A stretch of DNA of 33,057 bases from a virus (lineage: Duplodnaviria > Caudoviricetes): positions 1 to 33,057 of IMG/VR virus record IMGVR_UViG_3300012943_000049. One strand, written 5' to 3'. The notes beneath the pieces are model-generated. The model saw only the letters and a program-made list of their open reading frames with translations, made no database searches and had not been told where the DNA came from. The translations under genes and the position numbers were made by a program. Each line of letters begins with the position of its first letter. The first letter of the stretch is position 1. Shown here piece after piece: positions 25,160-33,057 of this stretch.

Positions 25160-25676
25160 CGCCCGTGGGATCGATGACGCTGGCCCAATTCACGGTTGGG
25201 CGGAACTGTTCGACGATTGCGTCAGCGTCTTTTCCCAACTGTCGATATCGGTCGATACACGCTGAGAGAACGTCCCAGGGGGCGGCAGTGGTTGCCACGT
25301 TTGTGCCGGTGCGCTTGGCATCTTCGGCGGCGTTACGCTTAAGGGTTGCAATGGTGCGCTGCAAGCCGTCAGCGCGAGTAGCGGCAGAGTCAGCAGCAGC
25401 CTGTGAAATTTTCGCATCGTTGATCGCCTTTGCTAACGCCGCGTTTGCCTGCGCCTGTAGATCCTGTTCGTGCTTGCGGTTCTCATCGTTCTGTTTTGCC
25501 GCGGCCAGCGCAGCAGCAGCTTGAGCCGCAAGATACCCATCGTCGTATCGATTATTTCCGTGAACGACCCAAGCCGTTACCGCTCCGCCGATGAGAACCG
25601 CTCCGCCGATGGCAGCAGCTGCGTATAGCTTCCAACCACCGATAGCCGTGGCGACCACATCGGCGGCGTCGCTCAT
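25107..25676 (-). CDS. Rz: Inner-membrane spanin (i-spanin)
   Basis: N-terminal TM helix, Ala/Gln coiled coil, position right after the endolysin. Confidence 0.88.
   Translation of the reverse strand: MSDAADVVATAIGGWKLYAAAAIGGAVLIGGAVTAWVVHGNNRYDDGYLAAQAAAALAAAKQNDENRKHEQDLQAQANAALAKAINDAKISQAAADSAATRADGLQRTIATLKRNAAEDAKRTGTNVATTAAPWDVLSACIDRYRQLGKDADAIVEQFRPTVNWASVIDPTGASLAGWSSTGPGGSVAP
25190..25417 (-). CDS. Rz1: Outer-membrane lipoprotein spanin (o-spanin), fully embedded in Rz
   Basis: Signal peptide with lipobox LTAC and a Pro-rich mature part, in an alternative frame inside Rz. Confidence 0.88.
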   Translation of the reverse strand: MRKFHRLLLTLPLLALTACSAPLQPLSVTPPKMPSAPAQTWQPLPPPGTFSQRVSTDIDSWEKTLTQSSNSSAQP

Positions 25677-26179
25677 ATCGCGATGTCCGTGATAGCGGCC
25701 ACGACTTGGCGACGGTTATCAGGCCACGTTTCCGGGTGCGGCTTACCGGGGCGCCATGCGCTCAGATAGTATTTCCACGAACCGTCGATGTCGTGAATTG
25801 CCGGCATGCCGCCCGGCAACGTCCAGTACAGCAGACGGGCGAACGCGCAATCGAGAACATCCATCTCGCCATCACCGGCCAGGGAGTTCCAAACGTCCAT
25901 CGTCGTAAACGGCACGCCCAGCGTATCGCAGACGGCACGCGCGAGATCCTTGGTCGCCGGGTGAGTCATCACTCCTTTGACGCCGCCACCGCGTTCGAAC
26001 TGGAAAATACCGTGTGCCGGCCCGTCGCCGTGTTGAACCTGAAACGTCAGCTTCGATTCCTGCATGCCGGTGGTCAACACCTGAACGCGAGCGGGCAAAG
26101 TGTCCATCTTGGCCGGCAGCAGACGAAGCGCCTGCGTCAGCGGTCCATCATTGATACGGGAGATAACGGTGTTGGACAT
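25673..26179 (-). CDS. Endolysin (lysozyme-like fold)
   Basis: QES candidate catalytic Glu and GPAHGIFQFE; located between holin-like genes and spanins. Confidence 0.8.
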   Translation of the reverse strand: MSNTVISRINDGPLTQALRLLPAKMDTLPARVQVLTTGMQESKLTFQVQHGDGPAHGIFQFERGGGVKGVMTHPATKDLARAVCDTLGVPFTTMDVWNSLAGDGEMDVLDCAFARLLYWTLPGGMPAIHDIDGSWKYYLSAWRPGKPHPETWPDNRRQVVAAITDIAI

Positions 26180-26426
26180 AGAGCGCTCGCATATGTTTTA
26201 GGAGAACGGCTAAACAATAGCCGCCAACGGATAGGCCAAGCATGATTCCACCCGGCGTGATCTCGTCGTAGATCAACGCTTTATATGACACGCCCAACGC
26301 ACATATCGAGATGCCGGACAAGCCGATACGTTCTAGGATCGTGTCTTTGATGGTGGGAGAGAACACGGCGAGCCCCGCGGTAACGGAGCAAATCAACCAA
26401 CCGATGGCAGCGAAGAAAAGGATCAT
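26148..26426 (-). CDS. Holin/antiholin-like membrane protein (about 3 TM)
   Basis: Three hydrophobic segments, immediately upstream of the endolysin. Confidence 0.7.
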   Translation of the reverse strand: MILFFAAIGWLICSVTAGLAVFSPTIKDTILERIGLSGISICALGVSYKALIYDEITPGGIMLGLSVGGYCLAVLLKHMRALYVQHRYLPYQ

Positions 26427-26740
26427 TTAGGGGAAGCTCCACGACCGCGGATGCGATCAATTGCAGCTGACCACAGTTCACCAAGCGGGGCGTTCTGGAT
26501 CGCTTCCCAAATCCGGGACGCTATCGCCATCCCGAACAACCCCAGCAAAAACCCGGTGACTTGCAGTGGTAGCCGCGTCCACACGGATAACCATTCTGCA
26601 AGGAAGTATGACGCAATAACCCCGCCGACCGCCATAGTCAGCCGCTCGTACCACGTGCCTTTAATGAAACGCATTGAAAGCGCCGCGCCGCCTAGACCGG
26701 CCAGCTTCGCCCCCCATGCGTCTATATCAAAAGGTGTCAT
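26423..26740 (-). CDS. Holin-like membrane protein
   Basis: 2-3 hydrophobic segments and a basic C-terminus; first gene of the lysis cassette. Confidence 0.75.
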   Translation of the reverse strand: MTPFDIDAWGAKLAGLGGAALSMRFIKGTWYERLTMAVGGVIASYFLAEWLSVWTRLPLQVTGFLLGLFGMAIASRIWEAIQNAPLGELWSAAIDRIRGRGASPK

Positions 26741-26788
26741 CGCCTGCCCCTGTAAGTGTGCCGCGATTATTCTACCTGAAAACCCCTG

Positions 26789-27487
26789 TTACATTCCCGC
26801 CACGTTCACGATCGTGTAGGCCCATTTATAGCAGTGGGTTGGGCTCCACGCCACGGGCGGCGCGAATGGGCCTATGCTGAACGTGTATGTCCCTACGATA
26901 AACGTGTTACCACTCAGTGAAGCCACGGTAGGCGTAAACGATGACGACCACGTGTTGGTTTCCGGAATATAGAGCGGTTCATCCGTATACCAAACGCCAC
27001 TTTGTATGATTGCCGGTACGTATGCCGAATTAATCGTCGTCGAAAACGAAGGCAACGGCGCTACCTGGTGTTGTTCGTATGCCGCGATGTACCGGAGATA
27101 TTTCATCCGCGAGTCGTAGCTAACGCCCGTACCGCCCGCCGCCACGTTGTTGCCGACAAGCAGGCCGATTCCAGCCGTTGTGTACAGTTGTCCATACGCC
27201 GGGTCATCGAAATAATAAATCGTGACGTTCACTTGGTTTTGACCGTAAAACCGATAGCGCATGTTGCCGCCTTCGGGCGTGGCGTACAGAATCATCACCG
27301 GTTGATCTGATCGGAAAGCCACCATTCCATTTACGCCCGGTAGCACGATATCGCCATAAAATCCGGTGCCTGGCAGGCCGTTGGTCACCGCCAAGGTCGA
27401 TATCTGCCTCAGCGCATAGTTACGATAGTCGTTCGTAATCTGCGTGATGCCTGTTTCTTGATTGATGGCGTAAAAACCGGCGGTCAT
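26789..27487 (-). CDS. Tail-tip accessory protein, candidate receptor-binding protein
   Basis: Beta-rich and aromatic-rich; second gene downstream of J, as in phi80/N15/T1-type tails. Confidence 0.65.
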   Translation of the reverse strand: MTAGFYAINQETGITQITNDYRNYALRQISTLAVTNGLPGTGFYGDIVLPGVNGMVAFRSDQPVMILYATPEGGNMRYRFYGQNQVNVTIYYFDDPAYGQLYTTAGIGLLVGNNVAAGGTGVSYDSRMKYLRYIAAYEQHQVAPLPSFSTTINSAYVPAIIQSGVWYTDEPLYIPETNTWSSSFTPTVASLSGNTFIVGTYTFSIGPFAPPVAWSPTHCYKWAYTIVNVAGM

Positions 27488-27771
27488 GAGGATACCCCCA
27501 AGAGCACCCGAGTAGCCCGCGGTGATGACGAATCCTCAAAGGTCCAGGTCACTGTCGTTCCGCCTATTGAAATCAGCGGCAACTGACCGCCTTGTCCAAG
27601 GCTCGTCGTCCCCAAGATCGTGTAAAACGCAACGCCGCTATCCAAACCTGCAACCGTGGCTGACCCGTTAACAGTCGAGGTCGTAATCTCTCCAATGATC
27701 CGCGTGATCCGCGTTGTGCCGTCAAGGTCGATGTAATTCACACCGTCCCATATTTGAAGTCCGGCCGTCAT
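27484..27771 (-). CDS. Small tail-tip accessory protein
   Basis: MTAGLQIWDG...LDGTTRITRIIG; TAATG coupling to J. Confidence 0.7.
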   Translation of the reverse strand: MTAGLQIWDGVNYIDLDGTTRITRIIGEITTSTVNGSATVAGLDSGVAFYTILGTTSLGQGGQLPLISIGGTTVTWTFEDSSSPRATRVLLGVSS

Positions 27772-30700
27772 TACCAAATCCCCAGGCGTACGCGTTCCAA
27801 ACCGGAACCATCGTAGATACGGATAAGCTGGTTGCTAATCGTCAGGCGTCCTGAACCGCCAAAGTTCCCGTTGATCTCCACGCTGCCCGCTTTGTTAATT
27901 TGCCATCCAACGCTACCAGACACGAAGTTATCCGACTGGATCACGTTACCGATCATAGCGTTCGTGATCCATCCCGTACCGATCAACGCCTGGTTGATGA
28001 ATACCTGACCACCTTGGACCACAAAGGGCGCTTTGGTCGACCCGCTCGATTCGTCCAAGATAGCCACACGGGCCGCAGCAAGCAGGATCTGAGATGTGAT
28101 GACGCCTTGATTGTTCTCAACGCCTACCCCGATGCCTGCCATGTATGGCACACCGCCCACGGTCAACTGCGTTTTGATGGTGTACATCGCGGCCAGTTGC
28201 GTCGTAATCGCCTGCACCTGAACCAAAGCTTCCTGGCCGCTACCGTCTTCAATTTTCTGAAGCAACGCTTGCGACAACTGCGTTTCGGTGATCTGGTTCG
28301 TCAAGTATTCGAGAATGGCTGTTGCATCGCTGCTGGCACGGCCTTGCACGCCATTGACGAGCGGATACCACGGGCCGGTTTCCCCGTTCTTGTCGACCAG
28401 ACGACCCCAGAAATAAAACGTCGCCCCCGCGGACAAGCCCATGAGGGTGTGCGTGTTCTGCGGGTACGCGAAATCGCCAAGCTTGACGGCGCTGTTCAGG
28501 TCGTTGATCTGCGCGTACCAGATTTCCGTACGTTCGATGATATTAGGGGCAGTCGGAAAACCCCAATCAACGATCACAGAAAAAATCTGGTCGGTTGATG
28601 CGGTAAGCGTGGTCAACGCAGCGGGCGGCGCAACGTCACCATCGAGTTGTGTCGCCGTACTCGTCGTCCAGATAGACGGGATGCCCGCAGCGTTGATCGC
28701 GCGTACCCGGGCGACGTACGAGCCCTGGCGGATGTTTTGGATATCGAGCGACGTAGACCCTGTGCGGCCCGCTTCGATCCAATCCGAGTTATCGCGACGC
28801 CATTGAACTTGATATTCAACAGCGCTGTCTGTCCGCGGCCACACGATGTGCGCGTTGTGAATGGCGATACCTTGAACGATGGCAGAGAACGACGTGAGTG
28901 TGACTGACGCAGGCGCCGGCTGAATGCCTGGTGGCACAACGGTAACGGGCGGCGCTTGAATCTTCGTGCCGAAATCGATGTTGTCGTACTTACTCGGGTT
29001 GTGTTGCGTGGCCTGGATCGTGGCCGTGATGCCGTCCTTACGGGTCACGGAAATCACGCGGTAGAGTTCGTTAGTCAACTCTTCGCTTTCGATCGTCCAC
29101 ACGGCCTCCGGTTCAGGCAAAACGCTAAACGGTTGAGTCACCGTGATCGTCAGAACTGAACCTGGTAAACCAACCATGTCAGCGGTTAGTTCCGTGCTGT
29201 CCGCGGTCCACTCCGTGCTGTCCGCGGTCAATCCACGACCGACTGACGTGGCAACCACGCGAGATTCTGCTACGCCGTTGGGCAAGTTCACGACCAGCCG
29301 GTCGCCTGGGCGTACGATAGTCGTCAGGTCGACAACGATGGTGCTTGCATTCGTGACTTCGGAGATACGGCCACCGACGCGACGACCTGCACGCCATTGA
29401 TCCGACACCCGGATGATTGAGCCTGGATTGACCAACGCTTGATCCAAACCCACATCGAACGAGATCGCCTGCGTTTCAATTCGCGAAGTCAGCAACGCCC
29501 ATTTACCCGCCCGGATCGCTTGTGCGCGCGACGTACAACCGAACGCGGATATCTTCGTGATTCGAACACCGAGCCGCGCAATCCCTTCGTCGTCCTGAAC
29601 CGGCTCGATTTTCTGGATGCCAAAGTTGGTCATGTCGTTGTAGCTGACCTGAGCCACAGTCGGACGTTGACGCCAGGGCGAACCCACGCGTGCGAACTTC
29701 CCGTCGACGACGTTGGAGTTCGTAAACGTGTAGGTGAAGTCGCTGGGCATGTCGGCCGACGCCAGTATAGCGCCGTTGGCTTCATACACCATGCCCATGA
29801 ACACGCTTGCCAAATCGCTTAGCACCTTAGCGGCATCGGCTGCGGTTTGGATGTAGACGTTGCACGTAAAGCGGCGTTCATTTCCGCCCAATCCGTCGGG
29901 TACCTGCTCGTCGCAGTATTGCGAGATCGGGTAGAGTGCCCACTTCAGGTTCGACAGCGCGGCCGCGCTCAGACGCTCACCAGCACCATAGCGGCTATTG
30001 GTCGAGATGTCATAGAACACCCACGCGGGGTTGTTGCTGTATGCCTGCTTGAACGTGCCGTCCCACACGCCCGAATAGTTGCCGGTTTCCGGATCGTAGT
30101 TAGACGGCACAGAAATGATACGACCGCGGAAGTGAAACGCGCGGCCAGGGATGGATTGAAACTGCGCGGCGTCAACTTGCACGCCGACACAGGCAGACAT
30201 CGGCATACGCAATTTCGCGTCGACCACGGTGGTGTATGACTGCACCGTCGTCGTATCCGTAATTCGCGTGCTGTCGGCGTTGGGCGTGGTGCGACGAACA
30301 CGAATCGTCCAACTCGTTTGTCCGGCCGGCAAATCAATACGGTGCGTGCGTTCGTAAACCTGCGTCGTTTTGCCGTCGAACGTGGTGTCGATGACGGTTT
30401 GAAACGGGCCGCCGCTTGAACTGAGTTCAATGACGTAGTGAACCAGATAGCCGGTTTGATCGCCGTTGTCTTGAATTTGAACAAGCGTTGCACCCAACGT
30501 CACCCGCACGGCCGATAGGGTGGTGTCCGTGATCAGCTGCGTCCACGGCGTGTCTTCACGCAGCGCGACGCCGACGGCTACGGTTGCTTCCGCCGCGGGA
30601 AAGCCCGGGATGTAATCTTGATCCTGCGTACCAGCACGAAAATCTACAGCGACACCGTTAAAGTTGTATTCGCCGTTCGCATTTTGAATCGGCGTGCTGT

Positions 30701-30932
30701 CGAGGTAGATATCTTGCAGGATGCCGGACGGCCCGTGGACCGGCCCAACAATCGGCCCCTCAGAGATCAAGTCGATCACACGGGCGTACGCCACGCTGTG
30801 TAAGCTGTCGGGGCTTTCTTCAGGTTGGTGTGCTTCGCCGCCGCCCTTACCGCCGCCACCGTGGCCCATCACACGATAGCCGCCCTTCACGTGATCGACA
30901 CGCGGTGCGCGGAGTTTGATTTTTTTCGTCAT
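27771..30932 (-). CDS. J: Tail tip / central fibre protein, lambda gpJ-like
   Basis: GGGGKGGG..H.P.E.PD.L.S, DLISEGPI.G, WDGTFK.AYSNNPAW, FGCTSR.QA.R.G.W, FN3-like domains, C-terminal PFVVQGGQVFI...RVRLGIW. Confidence 0.95.
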   Translation of the reverse strand: MTKKIKLRAPRVDHVKGGYRVMGHGGGGKGGGEAHQPEESPDSLHSVAYARVIDLISEGPIVGPVHGPSGILQDIYLDSTPIQNANGEYNFNGVAVDFRAGTQDQDYIPGFPAAEATVAVGVALREDTPWTQLITDTTLSAVRVTLGATLVQIQDNGDQTGYLVHYVIELSSSGGPFQTVIDTTFDGKTTQVYERTHRIDLPAGQTSWTIRVRRTTPNADSTRITDTTTVQSYTTVVDAKLRMPMSACVGVQVDAAQFQSIPGRAFHFRGRIISVPSNYDPETGNYSGVWDGTFKQAYSNNPAWVFYDISTNSRYGAGERLSAAALSNLKWALYPISQYCDEQVPDGLGGNERRFTCNVYIQTAADAAKVLSDLASVFMGMVYEANGAILASADMPSDFTYTFTNSNVVDGKFARVGSPWRQRPTVAQVSYNDMTNFGIQKIEPVQDDEGIARLGVRITKISAFGCTSRAQAIRAGKWALLTSRIETQAISFDVGLDQALVNPGSIIRVSDQWRAGRRVGGRISEVTNASTIVVDLTTIVRPGDRLVVNLPNGVAESRVVATSVGRGLTADSTEWTADSTELTADMVGLPGSVLTITVTQPFSVLPEPEAVWTIESEELTNELYRVISVTRKDGITATIQATQHNPSKYDNIDFGTKIQAPPVTVVPPGIQPAPASVTLTSFSAIVQGIAIHNAHIVWPRTDSAVEYQVQWRRDNSDWIEAGRTGSTSLDIQNIRQGSYVARVRAINAAGIPSIWTTSTATQLDGDVAPPAALTTLTASTDQIFSVIVDWGFPTAPNIIERTEIWYAQINDLNSAVKLGDFAYPQNTHTLMGLSAGATFYFWGRLVDKNGETGPWYPLVNGVQGRASSDATAILEYLTNQITETQLSQALLQKIEDGSGQEALVQVQAITTQLAAMYTIKTQLTVGGVPYMAGIGVGVENNQGVITSQILLAAARVAILDESSGSTKAPFVVQGGQVFINQALIGTGWITNAMIGNVIQSDNFVSGSVGWQINKAGSVEINGNFGGSGRLTISNQLIRIYDGSGLERVRLGIW
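29178..29231. repeat. 21-bp-period repeat in J encoding TADSTEW-TADSTEL-TAD
   Basis: TCCGTGCTGTCCGCGGTC at 29191 and 29212, plus a partial third copy. Confidence 0.9.
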
Positions 30933-31561
30933 TGTTGGTCTTCCGCGTAAATGCCTGCGCTTGCTACCGCACTGCCGACGTACAATTCGCCGTACAACAG
31001 CGGAACGGGGTTGCCCTGCGCCGTAGTATTCACGGGGCCGTTGAAGTTATACGATGCGCCGTTGTCGGGGCTGTCTGCCGTGGACAAACCTTTCTGTTGG
31101 CCGGTGATCAATTGCGTGACGCCACCCAATACCATCGACACGCCGATGGACATGGCAATCGACGAGAACGAAATCGTCGAGCCTGCGGCCGGTACTGCGG
31201 CCGTACCTGCGCCGGTTCCGCTTGCAGCAGTGGACGCGCCGCCTGTGTAGTACGCGGCCACAATGATCACGGCGCCAATGATGATTTGAGTCAAGCCGCC
31301 GTTTTTCGCACCGACGGGAACAGGCATGATGCGAATTTCCGGCTTGACTGGTAGATGTAGTTCCGGCTCGCTGATGTTCACCTTGCCGTTGAAACACGCA
31401 AAGTGAATACCGCGGCCGGCTGCATCGTACATATACCGTTCGAAGCCTGGCACCGTCACGCACAGGGCTTTCACAGCTTCGGCAGGCGAGTAAACATCGA
31501 ACGCGAACTCACGCCCGAATTTACGACCTAGCACCCCGCCAAGCTTCACTTTAGTCAGCAT
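30929..31561 (-). CDS. I: Tail assembly protein, lambda gpI-like
   Basis: VKLGGVLGRKFGR...AEAVKAL...PGF; SYNFNGPVNTTAQGNPVPLLYGE..VGS. Confidence 0.95.
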   Translation of the reverse strand: MLTKVKLGGVLGRKFGREFAFDVYSPAEAVKALCVTVPGFERYMYDAAGRGIHFACFNGKVNISEPELHLPVKPEIRIMPVPVGAKNGGLTQIIIGAVIIVAAYYTGGASTAASGTGAGTAAVPAAGSTISFSSIAMSIGVSMVLGGVTQLITGQQKGLSTADSPDNGASYNFNGPVNTTAQGNPVPLLYGELYVGSAVASAGIYAEDQQ

Positions 31562-32339
31562 CTGTTTCCCCTACATAGCGCAGACGCGCACGCGTGATGT
31601 CTTGCCAATATCCGCCGTAAATGACGCGTTCGGACGGTCGACCGTACAAATGGTGCAACATCATACCGCGCATGCTGTGGTGGCGATCTTGTTGGTGTTC
31701 AGTCGGTATCGTGTCGTCGATGAACACCCCGCCATGGTTCGTCCTGGCAGAGTTGTGCTGCATCAAAATCACGTCCCCGACTTCGAGCGATTCGCGGTCC
31801 TTCAGACGACGGAAACCCGCAGCTTCGAAGTTGTCCAAGTACAGTTCCTGTTCGGTGTTCTTCCACCACAGGTCCTCGCGTTCGAAGTCGGGCAACATCA
31901 CGCCCCGTTCACGCTGATACCAATCGCGGATCAACGAATAGCAATCAAGCTTGCCGTGAAAAAACGAACGACCGAGCAAAGGCGCGTTGTACTCGTTCGG
32001 TTCCAACGTCAAGATACGCAGGATCTGCGGTTCCTGGCCATTCGTCATCAGTTCGACGATGTACCACGGTAGCCCGAGTTCGCTACACGACACGCGGTCA
32101 GATTCAGACGGCCCCGTTACGTCATCCGGATGCGAGTGAACGTAAGCCGTAACGGTGCCTTCGTCTTCAGCCGCTGCCAGTTCCTGCGCGTCCATGAGAA
32201 ACGAATCAGTACCCGTCGCCTGATTCCGGATCGGAACGTATTTCTCACGTCGGCCAACGGTGATGATCACCCCGCAGCTTTCGCGGGGGTATTCCGCTAT
32301 CGCGTGTTTCTCGATGGCTAGTTTCGTATGTTTGCGCAT
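31551..32339 (-). CDS. K: Tail assembly protein, lambda gpK-like (JAB + NlpC/P60)
   Basis: YPRESCG, HSHP....PSESD, DCYSLIRDWY, NHGGVF, MLHHLYGRPS. Confidence 0.95.
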   Translation of the reverse strand: MRKHTKLAIEKHAIAEYPRESCGVIITVGRREKYVPIRNQATGTDSFLMDAQELAAAEDEGTVTAYVHSHPDDVTGPSESDRVSCSELGLPWYIVELMTNGQEPQILRILTLEPNEYNAPLLGRSFFHGKLDCYSLIRDWYQRERGVMLPDFEREDLWWKNTEQELYLDNFEAAGFRRLKDRESLEVGDVILMQHNSARTNHGGVFIDDTIPTEHQQDRHHSMRGMMLHHLYGRPSERVIYGGYWQDITRARLRYVGETDAD

Positions 32340-32341
32340 GG

Positions 32342-32959
32342 TCAGAGCGTTCCAGGAAAAGCGAATACGGCTTTACGAGGCTCCCAACCGTGGGCGATGC
32401 GCCAACTTATGGCTTGGTGGTTCACACCGCTGAAACGCGCCCAGTCGGTAAGATTCTTTGTCATACCGTCAATCGTGATTACCGCACTGTTCGTCTTGTT
32501 TCGTGCTTGTTCGTCAACAGTAGCCCAGCGGCAATTTGCGGGTTCGTAATCGCCGTCAACGTCGAGTCGATCAAGCGTTTTGCCTTCAGGCCGTTCCCCA
32601 AGATCAGACAGGAAAGTTTCAAATGACAGCCAGCGCTCACACACCTGGATGCCGCGTCCGCCGTATTGTGGGTACTTCGGAAAATTAGGATTTTGACAAC
32701 GGCTGAGCATAGAACACCAACTATTGTACGTGGGTGTGTTTGACATTCCATGCGTTTCGTTCCGAGCCGCAGTCAATTCGCCCCGATAACAACCGCACGA
32801 CGTGCTTTTTCCGTCGACAAGCGTATATCCGTCAACAGCTTTCTGCGTACCGCAATCGCAAACACACAGAAACTTACGCAACGTCAAAACGCTGACCACC
32901 TGATAGCGACCGAATCGCACACCAGGAAACACGCCCGCTAGTTTTTCGCCTTTTCTCAT
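32342..32959 (-). CDS. Free-standing HNH homing endonuclease-like protein
   Basis: CVCDCG...SCGC, HGMSNTPTYNSW..M..RC, YGGRGI.VCERW, TLDRLDVDGDYEPANCRWAT..EQARN; sits between L and K. Confidence 0.88.
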   Translation of the reverse strand: MRKGEKLAGVFPGVRFGRYQVVSVLTLRKFLCVCDCGTQKAVDGYTLVDGKSTSCGCYRGELTAARNETHGMSNTPTYNSWCSMLSRCQNPNFPKYPQYGGRGIQVCERWLSFETFLSDLGERPEGKTLDRLDVDGDYEPANCRWATVDEQARNKTNSAVITIDGMTKNLTDWARFSGVNHQAISWRIAHGWEPRKAVFAFPGTL

Positions 32960-32961
32960 GA

Positions 32962-33057
32962 CTACCTCAACCGGTCAGCTGCCGGAAAGCCCCCGTATGA
33001 CAGTTCCGCCGCGATGGGCGCCACGCTCTGCTGAGCGCCGAACCGGAGTTGACACGA
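32962..33057 (-). CDS. L: 3' end of minor tail protein, lambda gpL-like (partial)
   Basis: Manual translation SCQLRFGAQQSVAPIAAELSYGGFPAADRLR*, with the C.LRFG...GGFP terminus typical of gpL; synteny with K-I-J. Confidence 0.85.
   Translation of the reverse strand, partial: SCQLRFGAQQSVAPIAAELSYGGFPAADRLR

Noticed and set aside
25190-25417. Embedded Rz1 as a novelty
   Set aside because: This is a well-established lambda-type spanin arrangement and is listed as a feature only.

Overview
This is a 33 kb segment of a tailed dsDNA bacteriophage (siphovirus-type, lambda-like tail tip), probably infecting a GC-rich proteobacterium. The host is inferred from composition only. Left to right: (i) 1-9.8 kb, a leftward array of small, mostly hypothetical accessory genes, including a C5-cytosine DNA methyltransferase apparently split over two overlapping reading frames, a SLOG protein and a cupin-like protein; (ii) 9.9-14.9 kb, a leftward primase-polymerase/SF3 helicase, TetR-like regulator, VRR-NUC nuclease and SF2 helicase; (iii) 15-25.1 kb, rightward Cas4-like DUF2800 nuclease, SSB, a DUF3310-MazG fusion, family A DNA polymerase and more small genes; (iv) 25.1-33 kb, a leftward lysis cassette (two holin-like genes, endolysin, embedded Rz/Rz1) and tail-tip genes L-(HNH)-K-I-J plus two downstream tip proteins. 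The most notable features are a five-copy promoter/operator motif TTGACA-N5-GTAAA, the dual-frame methyltransferase, and repeated reuse of small domains from replication proteins in separate accessory proteins. No integrase, RNA gene or CRISPR array was seen. All family assignments come from motif recognition by eye, without database searches.
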